NCBI GenBank assembly: GCA_040905475.1 | Contig: JBBDRM010000100.1 | Location: 26,383-90,382 of the forward strand | Reading direction: 5' to 3' | Length of the DNA: 64,000 bases | Source of the DNA: Actinomycetota bacterium | GTDB taxonomy: Bacteria; Actinomycetota; AC-67 | Shown: piece by piece, positions 18,236 through 27,532 of the stretch | Layout: each line of letters begins with the position of its first letter | Numbering within the stretch: the stretch's first letter is position 1 | Position numbers and translations under genes: made by a program | The notes under the pieces: generated by a model | Told to the model about the DNA's origin: nothing | Seen by the model: only the letters and a program-made list of their open reading frames with translations | Databases searched by the model: none

Positions 18236-19480
18236 GTGGCGCAACTGGGGCGAAAACGACCCGATGCTTGCCGGGGAAGGAGCGGGTATGAATGGGGTCG
18301 AACGGAATTGATGATGATGTTAGGGACTTCCAGGTTGACGAAGGCACATGCGGCACTCATAGCGATCTTGTTGGCCGCGGCGACCGCGGCTCTCGTCGTC
18401 GTCGGCCCCGGATCCACGCCGGCGAGCTCGAGACCGCAAACAGCAAGTCAACCTCCGGCGCGCTCGCCGGTCGTCCCGGACGCCCCGGCGGTGGTTCCGC
18501 CGGCACCCGCCAAGGCTCCGGGGAAGGCGAGCGGCGCCGGCTCGGCGCGCCTCGTGGCCACCGACGAGAGCAGTGTGGCGGCCGCGTCGACGACGACTTC
18601 GTCGTCCTCGTCGGGTAGTTCCTCCTTCGCCCAGAAGTACCCGGCCCAGGCGAACGCGTCGGTGGATCCCTCGGTCCCGGCCACCAACTATTGGGCGCTT
18701 CTCATCGGGATCAACGACTACGCGGGCTCGACGCGAGACAACGTCGGGTCGTATCAGGATGCTCGGGATCTGAGGATGCATCTGTTGTCGCTCGGGTGGC
18801 ACTCCGACCACATCGTGCTCATCGGGAACCGTGACGCGACCGCTTCGCGCATCCTCCAGGGGATCCGATGGCTGGCCTCGAAGACGAACTCGTCTTCCGT
18901 CGTGGTGTTCCACTATTCGGGGCACGAGAAGCCGCTCAAGACCTCTGCCGATGGCGACAACGAGAGCCGGGATGTCGCGCTGTGGGTCGCGGACAACAAG
19001 CTGATCGTCGATGGGGTGCTCGGGCGCGAGATGGGCAAGGTCGCCGCCGCGAAGATGTGGATCGATCTCGCCGTATGCCGTGCCGGAGGGTTCAGCGACG
19101 TCGGGATGGTAAAGGCGGGGCGGGTTCTCACCTTCTCCTCGCCAGAGAGCGAGCTGTCATACGAGGATCCGGGCCTCCATCACTCAGTCTTCGGCTGGTA
19201 CGTGATCATGGAAGGGATGCGCCAGCACCTCGGCGATTTGAACGGCGACGGCGTCGTCACGGTCGAGGAGGCGTTCGTTTACGGCAGACCGCTTGTCACC
19301 GATCGCACGGGTGGTCGGCAGCACCCGAAGATCTCCGACAAGCTCAGCGGGGAGCTGAACCTGACCCCGCCGGAGCCGGCGCCCCCACCCGAACAGCCTT
19401 CGCCGGACGACGGCTCCGGTGGCGGATGCGGGATCGTCATCTTCTGCACCGAGGGCTACCGCTCGGAGTACTGGGCCTGA
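18236..19480 (+). CDS. Membrane-anchored caspase-like (peptidase C14/orthocaspase) protein with a dockerin/EF-hand-like Ca loop and Pro-rich tail
   Basis: A TM helix (AHAALIAILLAAATAALVVV) is followed by a Pro/Ala/Ser linker. The C14 p20-like core has ALLIGINDYAG, FHYSGHE (His) and IDLAVCRAGGF (Cys). The Ca loop is DLNGDGVVTVEE. The start is ambiguous: GTG at 18236 or the ATG cluster near 18311. Confidence 0.65.
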   Translation: MAQLGRKRPDACRGRSGYEWGRTELMMMLGTSRLTKAHAALIAILLAAATAALVVVGPGSTPASSRPQTASQPPARSPVVPDAPAVVPPAPAKAPGKASGAGSARLVATDESSVAAASTTTSSSSSGSSSFAQKYPAQANASVDPSVPATNYWALLIGINDYAGSTRDNVGSYQDARDLRMHLLSLGWHSDHIVLIGNRDATASRILQGIRWLASKTNSSSVVVFHYSGHEKPLKTSADGDNESRDVALWVADNKLIVDGVLGREMGKVAAAKMWIDLAVCRAGGFSDVGMVKAGRVLTFSSPESELSYEDPGLHHSVFGWYVIMEGMRQHLGDLNGDGVVTVEEAFVYGRPLVTDRTGGRQHPKISDKLSGELNLTPPEPAPPPEQPSPDDGSGGGCGIVIFCTEGYRSEYWA

Positions 19481-19502
19481 GCCGCTCCTCCCCGGATCGG
19501 CG

Positions 19503-20336
19503 TCACACCTGGCATTGCGGGCAGTAATACGTGCTTCGGTTCGACCAGCGCGCTCGTTCGATCGGGGTGCGACAGCGCCTGCAGGGTTGGCCTTCGCGGC
19601 CGTAGACCTTCAGGTGGTCCTGCATCTCTCCCGTCTTACCGTAGAGATCCTTGTAGGTCTCGTCCTCGAGCGTGACGCCGCGGAACCGCACGCCCTCCTG
19701 CAGCACCTCTTGCATCGCGCGATACAGCCGCCGCACCTCTTGCGCGCTGAGCGAATCGGAGGGCCGGTCGTGTCGCAACCCCGCGGCCCAAAGGATCTCG
19801 TCCGAGTAGATGTTGCCGAGGCCCGAGATGAACTTCTGGTCCATGAGGAGCGCCTTGAGCTTCGTTCTGCGGCTGTTGAGCGACTCCGAGAAGTGCTGCC
19901 ACGTGAACGAGTCCTCGAGCGGGTCGATCGCGATGTGCTGCAACTCCTTGACGCCCGAGATCTGATCGCCGGTCGTGACGAAGAGCTCGCCGAACTGTCG
20001 CATGTCGATGAACCGCAACTCGCCGCCGACCTGGAACCTGATAACGGCGTGGGTGTGCTTCTCCAGCGCCTTTCGGCCGGTCGACCGCTCGACGCGACCG
20101 CTCATCCCAAGATGCATCACGAGGACGTCGCCAGAATCGAGCGACAGCAAGACGTACTTCCCACGGCGGTCGACCTTGGTGATCTTGCGACCCACCAGGG
20201 GTGCGGTGAACTCCTTCTTCGTCTTATGACGACGGATGATCCGCGGAAGACGGACGTCGACGTCTTTGATCTTCTTGCCGACGACATCGCGTTCCAGATC
20301 CTTGCGAACGACCTCGACCTCGGGCAGCTCCGGCAC
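19503..20336 (-). CDS. fpg: Formamidopyrimidine-DNA glycosylase
   Basis: The sequence MPELPEVEVVRKDLER is followed by the H2TH region and the C-terminal zinc finger CPQCQ. Confidence 0.9.
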   Translation of the reverse strand: MPELPEVEVVRKDLERDVVGKKIKDVDVRLPRIIRRHKTKKEFTAPLVGRKITKVDRRGKYVLLSLDSGDVLVMHLGMSGRVERSTGRKALEKHTHAVIRFQVGGELRFIDMRQFGELFVTTGDQISGVKELQHIAIDPLEDSFTWQHFSESLNSRRTKLKALLMDQKFISGLGNIYSDEILWAAGLRHDRPSDSLSAQEVRRLYRAMQEVLQEGVRFRGVTLEDETYKDLYGKTGEMQDHLKVYGREGQPCRRCRTPIERARWSNRSTYYCPQCQV

Positions 20337-20337
20337 G

Positions 20338-21093
20338 CTATCGCCCGGCCCTGGGTCGGGAACCGGACCGCAAGCTGGGACCCGGCGACGCGCGAAGGCG
20401 AGCGATCGCCTCGCTGGCCGCCGCTTGCTCGGCTTCCTTCTTCGAACGTCCCTCGCCTGATCCGTGATCCTCTCCGGCGAGGAAGACCGAGGCCTGGAAT
20501 CGCTTGGCGTGATCGGGCCCGCTCTCCGTGATCCGGTACTCGGGCAGCGTCCCGAGGCGTGCGGCCGCCAGCTCTTGGAGCGAGGTCTTGTAGTCCTGCA
20601 CGGTGCCGCCCTCGACCTGCCCGCGGATGCGCGGCAGGAACAAGCCGAGGATCACACGCCCGGCCCCGCCGATCCCGCGGTCGAGGTATATCGCTCCGAA
20701 GACGGCTTCGAGCGTGTCGGCGAGGATCGACGGCTTGGTGCGTCCGCCGGTCATCGCTTCGCCGCGGCCCAGCAAGACCGCATCGCCGAGCCCGACCTCG
20801 CGCGCGACGTCCGCGAGGATCGTCATGTTGACCAGCGCGGCGCGCATCTTCGCGAGATCCCCCTCGGGCAGCGTCGGATACTCCTTGTAGAGGGCGTCGG
20901 TGACGACGATGCCGAGCACCGCGTCGCCCAAGAACTCCAGGCGCTCGTTCGTCTCGAGCTTGCCCTTCTCGTACGCGAACGAGCGATGGGTAAGGGCCAT
21001 CTCGAGGAGACGGCGGTCACGGATCCGTACGCCCAGACGGCGCTCGAGCGGCGTCGCCCGGCCCACACGGCTCCGGACGCGGCCCAGAAGCAT
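20338..21093 (-). CDS. rnc: Ribonuclease III
   Basis: The sequence ERLEFLGDAVLGIVVTDALYKEYPTLPEGDLAKMRAALV is followed by the dsRBD region. Confidence 0.9.
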   Translation of the reverse strand: MLLGRVRSRVGRATPLERRLGVRIRDRRLLEMALTHRSFAYEKGKLETNERLEFLGDAVLGIVVTDALYKEYPTLPEGDLAKMRAALVNMTILADVAREVGLGDAVLLGRGEAMTGGRTKPSILADTLEAVFGAIYLDRGIGGAGRVILGLFLPRIRGQVEGGTVQDYKTSLQELAAARLGTLPEYRITESGPDHAKRFQASVFLAGEDHGSGEGRSKKEAEQAAASEAIARLRASPGPSLRSGSRPRAGR

Positions 21094-21096
21094 GGT

Positions 21097-21279
21097 CTAG
21101 GAGACCGGAAGTACCTGACGACCGTCGTAGGTCCCGCAGTTGGCGCAGGCGTGGTGCGGCAGCACCGGCTTGTGACACTGCGGACACGAGGCGTACGGCG
21201 GCGACTTCGCGGTCGCTTTCCACTGCGCCTTGCGCGAACGGGTTCGCGACCGCGGCTTCTTCCTCTTGGGTACGGGCAT
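21097..21279 (-). CDS. rpmF: 50S ribosomal protein L32
   Basis: The sequence MPVPKRKKPRSRTRSRKAQWKA...CPQCH...CANCG is present. The track ORF is over-extended. Confidence 0.9.
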   Translation of the reverse strand: MPVPKRKKPRSRTRSRKAQWKATAKSPPYASCPQCHKPVLPHHACANCGTYDGRQVLPVS

Positions 21280-21281
21280 CT

Positions 21282-21824
21282 CTATTCCCCCATCCGTTCT
21301 TTCAGCTTCTCGAGTGGCGCCCAGCGAAGGTCTACGCGCTCCGAGCCGTGCCCGCAATCGACCACGTTCCGGTCGGCGCCGCACACCGGACACAGCCCCT
21401 TGCAGTCCGGTCCGTGCAGCGGGTTGCCGGGCATGGCCAGCAGGACCGCGTCCCGGATCACCGGTTCGAGGTGGGCATGGTCGCCGTCGATCTCGTAGCC
21501 CTCTTCGGCTCCGGGCTGCCCCGGGTAGGCCAGGATCTCGTTCAGCTCGAGGGCGAAGGGCAGCTCGAACTCCTCCAGGCAGCGGATGCACTCGAGCAGG
21601 TACGAGCCTCGGACCGTTCCACCGACTAGGACCCCTTCGACCAGGCTCTCGAGCAGCAGATCGAAGCTGAGCGCCGGGTCGACCCGCCCGATATCCAGCG
21701 CGAGACCGGCGACCTCTTCGGTGAACTCGAGACGCTTGGAGGTTCCTGGATCGCGGAGAAGCTCCGAGACTTCTACGGAGAGTTTGCTTACTTCACGCAG
21801 CGCGTTCAACCCCTTGGAAGTCAT
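21282..21824 (-). CDS. DUF177 (YceD-like) protein
   Basis: The sequence MTSKGLNALREV...GSYLLECIRCLEEFELPF...CKGLCPVCG is present. It lies upstream of rpmF as usual. Confidence 0.8.
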   Translation of the reverse strand: MTSKGLNALREVSKLSVEVSELLRDPGTSKRLEFTEEVAGLALDIGRVDPALSFDLLLESLVEGVLVGGTVRGSYLLECIRCLEEFELPFALELNEILAYPGQPGAEEGYEIDGDHAHLEPVIRDAVLLAMPGNPLHGPDCKGLCPVCGADRNVVDCGHGSERVDLRWAPLEKLKERMGE

Positions 21825-21888
21825 TCGCGCGAACAATAGCACAGCGACATTTAGGGGGTCTGACCTGGGGAAACAGAGCGTTGAAGGG

Positions 21889-22491
21889 TTAGTTTCCCGC
21901 CTTGTCGCCCTCGGATTCGTCGGTGGACAACTCGTCGGCCTCGAGCCGACCGGCGAGCCGCCGACGACCTCGCTCCACCGCCTGCAGGGTCTTCTGGAGG
22001 ACGACCTCGAAGTTGGCCAGCTTCGACTCGACGTATACCTCCGCCTCGGCTCGGATCCTCTTGGAAGTGGACTCGGCCTCGGCGACCAGCCGGTCGGCTT
22101 CACGAGCGGCGGCCTGGACGATCTCCGTCTTGGAAAGCAGGCGCTCGCGCTCCTGGCGCGCCCGTTCCAGGACCCGCTGGGCCTCGTGGCCGGCACGTTC
22201 GAGCACCTCCTCGCCGTCCTGGAGGATGGAGCGGGCCCGGGTGATCTCCGATGGCAGCGACCTGCGAAGGAGCTCGATCAGGTCGAGTACCTCCTGGCGG
22301 TTGACCAATGCCGAAGAGGACAAAGGCATCGAGCGGGCGTCGGCCACGATCTCCGCGAGCTTCTCGATCAAGCTCTCGGGTCCTCCCGCCGGAGGCGGGA
22401 CGGCCGGCTCGGCGTCCGGCGGCGCGAGCTGCTCCCCGGACCGGATCACGACCGGCCCGGAGGACGCGGGAGCCTCGTCAGCCTTGGCCAC
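21889..22491 (-). CDS. Coiled-coil protein, possible DivIVA-domain protein (Rv2927c/SepIVA-like by position)
   Basis: The 200-aa protein is predicted to be helical/coiled-coil with a Pro-rich N-terminus. The assignment is from synteny only, not a motif match. Confidence 0.4.
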   Translation of the reverse strand: MAKADEAPASSGPVVIRSGEQLAPPDAEPAVPPPAGGPESLIEKLAEIVADARSMPLSSSALVNRQEVLDLIELLRRSLPSEITRARSILQDGEEVLERAGHEAQRVLERARQERERLLSKTEIVQAAAREADRLVAEAESTSKRIRAEAEVYVESKLANFEVVLQKTLQAVERGRRRLAGRLEADELSTDESEGDKAGN

Positions 22492-22963
22492 CGATACGCT
22501 CCTTCAGCCGGCGCGCGACCTCGGAGGGCACCAGTCCTTCGACCGATCCCCCGAAACGCGCGACTTCTTTCACGATGCTGGAAGACAGGAAGCTGAATGC
22601 CGGGTTCGCGACCATGAACAGCGTCTCCACACCTGCCAGCCGATGGTTCATCTGCGCCATCTGCATCTCGTACTCGAAGTCGCTGACGGCTCGCAGCCCC
22701 TTGACGATGAGCCGGGCGCCCCGACCGAGCGCGTAATCCACAAGCAGCCCCTCGAACGAGTCCACCTCGACGCCGTCGACGTCGTTGAGAACCTCCTTCA
22801 CCGTCGCGATCCGCTCATCGAGCGTGAACATCGGCTGCTTGCCGGGGTTCTGGGATACCGCCACGACGAGGGTCGACACGTGCAGCCGGGCCCGCTCGAT
22901 GATGTCGAGGTGGCCATGGGTGATCGGGTCGAAAGTGCCGGGGTAGACCGCGATGTCAGGCAT
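22478..22963 (-). CDS. coaD: Phosphopantetheine adenylyltransferase
   Basis: The sequence MPDIAVYPGTFDPITHGHLDIIERA is present. Confidence 0.9.
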   Translation of the reverse strand: MPDIAVYPGTFDPITHGHLDIIERARLHVSTLVVAVSQNPGKQPMFTLDERIATVKEVLNDVDGVEVDSFEGLLVDYALGRGARLIVKGLRAVSDFEYEMQMAQMNHRLAGVETLFMVANPAFSFLSSSIVKEVARFGGSVEGLVPSEVARRLKERIGGQG

Positions 22964-23507
22964 CGTCCCGCACCGCGATGCTCAGCTGGGTCCGTCCGAA
23001 GCGCCGGGTCCGCGTTTCGCGGAACCCCGGTGGCCATTCCACCGACCCTGAGGCAGCTTCCACGACGACCGTTCCCCCCGTCCGGATCCACGCTCCGGAC
23101 CCCAGTTTCCCCAGGATACGAGCCACGAATCGTAGTCCGCGTGCGTAAGGAGGGTCAAGGAAAGCCAGGTCGAACGGCTCGGTGGCCGGGCGCGAGAGGA
23201 ACTTCTCGGCGTCGCGCCTCCGGACGACCCCTTTCGCTCGCAATGCAGTGGTGCCGAGATTCGCAAGGATCACGCCGCACGCCTCTCGGGACGACTCGAC
23301 GAACACCGCTTCCGCGGCCCCCCGGGACAGCGCCTCGATGCCGAGCGCCCCGCTCCCCGCGAACAGGTCCAGCACCCGAGCCCCGTGAACGCCGGGACCC
23401 AAGATGTCGAAGATCGCCTTCCGGGCCATGTCGGTGGTCGGGCGGGTCTCCGGACCCGGAAGTGTGCGGAGCCGGGCTCCTTTCGCCTCGCCGGCAGTGA
23501 CACGCAT
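22956..23507 (-). CDS. rsmD: 16S rRNA (guanine966-N2)-methyltransferase RsmD
   Basis: The sequence VLDLFAGSGALGIEALSRGA...FLDPPY is present. The start MRVTAGEAKG overlaps the recG stop. Confidence 0.85.
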   Translation of the reverse strand: MRVTAGEAKGARLRTLPGPETRPTTDMARKAIFDILGPGVHGARVLDLFAGSGALGIEALSRGAAEAVFVESSREACGVILANLGTTALRAKGVVRRRDAEKFLSRPATEPFDLAFLDPPYARGLRFVARILGKLGSGAWIRTGGTVVVEAASGSVEWPPGFRETRTRRFGRTQLSIAVRDDA

Positions 23508-25696
23508 CAGCCGGCGAACAGCCAATCGAGCCGCTCGCCGAATCGGCGCCTGACCTCCTCGCGAAGCAGCCCGTGTGCCGGATCGGTGAGGCGGGGGTCG
23601 TCCTCGACGAGCGCGAAGGCTTCCCGGCGGGCGGCGGCGAGCAACTCGACGTTACGCACGAGCGGGCTCGCGAACCGAAGATCGCTCTGCCCGGCCTGAG
23701 CCGGGGCGCCGGTCCCGTCCTCGGCGGTGACCGCTCCTCGCCCGAACAGCTGCCCCTCTCCGCGGATCTCCAGATCCTTCTCCGCGAGCACGAACCCGTC
23801 GGTCGTCGCTGCCATCGCCGCGAGGCGCTCTCGCGCGGCTCGGCGCTGCTCCGTGTCCGCCTGGTCGAGCGACGTCAGCAGGAAGCAGGTCGACGGGTGC
23901 TCGCCTCGGCCGATCCGACCTCGGAGCTGGTGCAGCTGCGATAGTCCGAAACGGTCCGCATCCTCGACGACCATGATCGAGGCGTTCGGGATGTCGACCC
24001 CGACTTCGATCACCGTCGTCGCCACGAGGACGTCGATCTCGCCGTCCCGCAACGCCTGCATCACGCGTTCCTTCTGAGCCGATCTGAGGCGACCGTGGAT
24101 CAGCCCGACGCGCAGGTCGGGGAAGACGTCCTTCGCGATCCGCTCGTACTCGGTCGTCGCGGCCTTCGCCTCCAGCGTTTCCGAGTCGGATACGAGCGGA
24201 CAGACGATGAACGCCTGTCTCCCGGCCACGGCCTCTTCCCGGATCCGCTCGTACGCCTGGTCGCGCTCCGCCGGGCCGAGCACGTGCGTGCGAACCTTGA
24301 TGCGCCCAGAGGGCATCTCGTCGAGCACGCCGACGTCCAGGTCGCCGTACAAGGTCATGGCGAGCGTCCGTGGGATCGGCGTCGCCGTCATGATCAGCAG
24401 ATCGGGTTCCGCGTCGTCCGAGCCCTTGGCTCTCAGCGCGATCCGTTGATGCACGCCGAAGCGATGTTGTTCGTCCACGACGGCGAGCCCGAGTCGCTTG
24501 AACTCGACGCCTTCCTGGATCAGCGCGTGGGTGCCGATGAGCATTGTCGCCCGTCCGCCGGCGGCTTCCTCTAAGGTGCGCTGACGGGCCTTGCCTGTTA
24601 CCGCCGACGTGAGCAGCTCGACGCCGAAGCCCTCACCGAACAGCCGGCCGTCTTCTGCGGGCGCAGCGCCGGCCAGCGGCTCGAGCAGGCGGCGCACGGT
24701 GAGGAAGTGCTGCTCCGCCAGAACCTCGGTGGGAGCCATGAACGCGGTTTGTGATCCAGACCCCGCCGCGACCAGGGCGGCGGCCACCGCGACGACCGTC
24801 TTGCCGCTCCCTACCTCACCCTGGAGAAGACGGTGCATCGGCCGCGGCTCGGCCATGTCGGAAGCGATCTCTTCGATCGCCCGTCGCTGTGCGGCCGTCG
24901 GACGGAACGGCAGCGATCGCAAGAATCGCTCGACCAGGTCGGCGCCACCCGGGTGCGACAGACCACGGACCTCACGCTCGAACCGGTGCTTGCGGACGGC
25001 GAGACCCGCCTCGAGCACGAACAACTCCTCGAACGCGAGCCGTCGTTTCGCGCGGCTCGAGGAATCCGACGCCGTCGGGAAGTGCATCTCTGCGATCGCA
25101 TCGGACCGCGGCATGAGTTTGAGCCGCTTGACCAAGGCCGGAGGAAGGGGTTCTTCGATCAGGCGGCCGTACTTGCCCAATGCCGAGTGCACGTAGCGAC
25201 GGATCATCATCGTCGTCACGCCCTCGGTCGCGGGATGGATCGGTATCCTGCGGCCCGTGTGAACCCCTTCATCATCGCCGCGGATCGCCTCGATGAACGG
25301 ATTGCCCGAGACCTGAAATCTCCCGGCTCGCCGCTCGAAGCGGCCGGCGACGGCGACTTCCATCCCGGTTGCGTAGTTCTTGGCCCGGAACGGCTGATTC
25401 CAGAAGACGACCTCGATGTAGCCGGTTCCGTCCCCGATCTTCACGCTCAGCATGTGCTTGCGGCCGCGCAGGTAGCGGCCGTCGACCTTGTGGATCTTGC
25501 CGAGCACGGTCGCCTGTTCGCCGATCTTCAGATCGACGATCCTCTTCGTCTTCGAGAGATCGATGTAGTCGCGCGGGACGTACTCGAGCAGGTCCCGAAC
25601 CGTGTGTACGCCCTTCTTGGCGAGCTTCGATGCGACCGCCGCCTGGAGCCCGGCGATGCCGGCCTTTGAGAGTGGAAGGTCGAGGGGCGAGCTCAC
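23507..25696 (-). CDS. recG: ATP-dependent DNA helicase RecG
   Basis: The 729-aa protein carries a wedge/OB domain, a GEVGSGKT Walker A motif, a DEQHRFG motif and helicase C motifs. Confidence 0.9.
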   Translation of the reverse strand: MSSPLDLPLSKAGIAGLQAAVASKLAKKGVHTVRDLLEYVPRDYIDLSKTKRIVDLKIGEQATVLGKIHKVDGRYLRGRKHMLSVKIGDGTGYIEVVFWNQPFRAKNYATGMEVAVAGRFERRAGRFQVSGNPFIEAIRGDDEGVHTGRRIPIHPATEGVTTMMIRRYVHSALGKYGRLIEEPLPPALVKRLKLMPRSDAIAEMHFPTASDSSSRAKRRLAFEELFVLEAGLAVRKHRFEREVRGLSHPGGADLVERFLRSLPFRPTAAQRRAIEEIASDMAEPRPMHRLLQGEVGSGKTVVAVAAALVAAGSGSQTAFMAPTEVLAEQHFLTVRRLLEPLAGAAPAEDGRLFGEGFGVELLTSAVTGKARQRTLEEAAGGRATMLIGTHALIQEGVEFKRLGLAVVDEQHRFGVHQRIALRAKGSDDAEPDLLIMTATPIPRTLAMTLYGDLDVGVLDEMPSGRIKVRTHVLGPAERDQAYERIREEAVAGRQAFIVCPLVSDSETLEAKAATTEYERIAKDVFPDLRVGLIHGRLRSAQKERVMQALRDGEIDVLVATTVIEVGVDIPNASIMVVEDADRFGLSQLHQLRGRIGRGEHPSTCFLLTSLDQADTEQRRAARERLAAMAATTDGFVLAEKDLEIRGEGQLFGRGAVTAEDGTGAPAQAGQSDLRFASPLVRNVELLAAARREAFALVEDDPRLTDPAHGLLREEVRRRFGERLDWLFAG

Positions 25697-27282
25697 TCCA
25701 GCGCGAACAGGTATCGATGGACCGGCTGCCCGCCCTCACGGATCTCGATCGCGACGCCGGGAAGTCGTTCCGCGAGCGCGCGTTCCAAGGCTTCCACTTC
25801 GGTGGGAGGAGCGTCGGCTCCCACGAGCACGGTGAGGGCCTCACCCTGACCCAAGGCCTCGGCCACCGCGAGCGCGACTGCCAGTGGGTTCTGGTCGGTC
25901 GCGACCACGTCTCCTCCGGCGAAGCCGATCGCGTTCCCGGCTTGGACGGGTCCGGCCGGCGTGACGCCGTCGCGCATCACGAGCGTGACCGTCCCGGTGC
26001 GCGTGCCGGCCAGCGCGGCGCGGATGTCCGCCAGGTTGTCGTCCATCCCTCGGCCGTCGGAGAAGGCGACTGTGGCCGCGAACCCCTGCGCGAGATCCCC
26101 GGCGTCGATCAGCTCGACACGCTTGTCCCCGACCTGCTCGATCGCCGCACGGGCGGCCGTCATCGCATCCTCGTTGTTCACGAGAAGGATGACGTCGCGT
26201 GCAGGAGCTCGCTCGATCGCTGCGATGAGCTCCCCCACCGACGGGTTCATCGTCCGCCCTCCGTCGATCAGCACACCGGCGCCGAGCTCCGCGAACACAT
26301 CCCGGATCCCATCGCCCGAAACCACTGCTACCAGGGTGACGGCGGCTTCCGGCAACGCAACCGGGATGGAGCGCGCCCCGGCGACCCCGGCGATCTGGTC
26401 GGCGAACGCCACGACCGAGATGTCGTGCGGCCGCCCGGCCGCCATGCCCATCTCGATCGCTCGACCGACCTCGTTCGTGTGGACGTGCACGTTCCACAAG
26501 CCGGCGCCTCCGATCACCGCCACCGAGTCGCCGATGCTACCCAGACGCTGCCGCAGCGCGAGCGCCTGCTCGTCGTCCGCTTCCTCGAGGAGGTATTGGA
26601 CCTCGTATGCGAAGGCGCTCGACCCGGCCTCGCGGCGACGGACGACCGGCCGAAGCGTCCGCGGGGCCACCGGAAGCGGACGGCCCGCGACCGATGCCGC
26701 GAACGCGTCGAGCACGACGCATAGCCCCATGCCGCCGGCGTCGACCACGCCGGACTGCCTGAGCACCGGCAAAAGCTCGGGAGTCCGCTCGAGCGCTTCG
26801 TGCGCCGCCCGCCCGGCTGCGTCGAGGATCACCGAGCAGTCGTCGTCGGAGAGGTCCGCGACCGCGTCGGCTGCCTCGCGCGCGACGGTGAGCATCGTCC
26901 CCTCGACGGGTGTGAGCATCGCTTCGTACGCGAGCTCCGCGCCGCGCGCCAGCCCCTTCGCGAGCGATCGGGCGTCGAGCCCCGCTTCGTCGACCGCATC
27001 GCAGAGCCCTCTCAGCACCTGGGCCAGGATGACGCCGGAGTTTCCTCGCGCACCCATCAAGGAGCCTCGCGCGATCGCGTCGGCCAGCGCGCGGGGCTCA
27101 TCGGGGACGCCTGGGAGCGCCCCGGCGACGGCGGTCATGGTCAAGACGAGGTTGGTGCCGGTGTCCCCGTCCGGAACGGGATAGACGTTGGCGGCGTCGA
27201 TCTCGTCTTGGCGGGCTCGGAGCGCCTCGAGAGCTGCGAGACAGGCACGCCGCAGCTCGGACGCGCCGAGGACCGTTATCAC
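25693..27282 (-). CDS. DAK2-domain fusion protein YloV
   Basis: The DAK2 sequence PVPDGDTGTNL and a C-terminal DegV-like uncharacterised domain are present. It lies between recG and rpmB, as in Mtb Rv2974c. Confidence 0.8.
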   Translation of the reverse strand: MITVLGASELRRACLAALEALRARQDEIDAANVYPVPDGDTGTNLVLTMTAVAGALPGVPDEPRALADAIARGSLMGARGNSGVILAQVLRGLCDAVDEAGLDARSLAKGLARGAELAYEAMLTPVEGTMLTVAREAADAVADLSDDDCSVILDAAGRAAHEALERTPELLPVLRQSGVVDAGGMGLCVVLDAFAASVAGRPLPVAPRTLRPVVRRREAGSSAFAYEVQYLLEEADDEQALALRQRLGSIGDSVAVIGGAGLWNVHVHTNEVGRAIEMGMAAGRPHDISVVAFADQIAGVAGARSIPVALPEAAVTLVAVVSGDGIRDVFAELGAGVLIDGGRTMNPSVGELIAAIERAPARDVILLVNNEDAMTAARAAIEQVGDKRVELIDAGDLAQGFAATVAFSDGRGMDDNLADIRAALAGTRTGTVTLVMRDGVTPAGPVQAGNAIGFAGGDVVATDQNPLAVALAVAEALGQGEALTVLVGADAPPTEVEALERALAERLPGVAIEIREGGQPVHRYLFALE

Positions 27283-27293
27283 CAGATCATCCT

Positions 27294-27307
27294 AGCAACG
27301 CGTTGCT
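27294..27307. promoter_or_regulatory. Perfect 14-bp palindrome AGCAACGCGTTGCT in the yloV/rpmB divergent promoter region
   Basis: I checked the self-complementarity by hand. It lies about 35 nt upstream of the rpmB ATG. Confidence 0.3.
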
Positions 27308-27340
27308 CCCCGTTCGGGCGGCCGGTACCATGTCCCGGCC

Positions 27341-27532
27341 ATGGCAGCCGTCTGTGAGATCTGTGGGCGCAAGCCCGGCTTCGGCATGCAGGTTTCCCAC
27401 TCTCACCGCCGCTCTCCCCGCCGCTGGGACCCCAACATCCAGCGGGTACGGGCGGTCGTCAACGGCTCGCCGAAGCGGCTGAACGTCTGCACCCGCTGCA
27501 TCAAGGCGGGCAAGGTCCAGCGCGCCGGCTAG
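27341..27532 (+). CDS. rpmB: 50S ribosomal protein L28 (Zn-ribbon C+ form)
   Basis: The sequence MAAVCEICGRKPGFGMQVSHSHRRSPRRWDPN...CTRC is present. Confidence 0.9.
   Translation: MAAVCEICGRKPGFGMQVSHSHRRSPRRWDPNIQRVRAVVNGSPKRLNVCTRCIKAGKVQRAG

Noticed and set aside
25369-27184. Plus-strand ORFs of 451 and 407 aa
   Set aside because: They are antisense to recG and yloV. They are Ser/Arg/Ala-rich junk.
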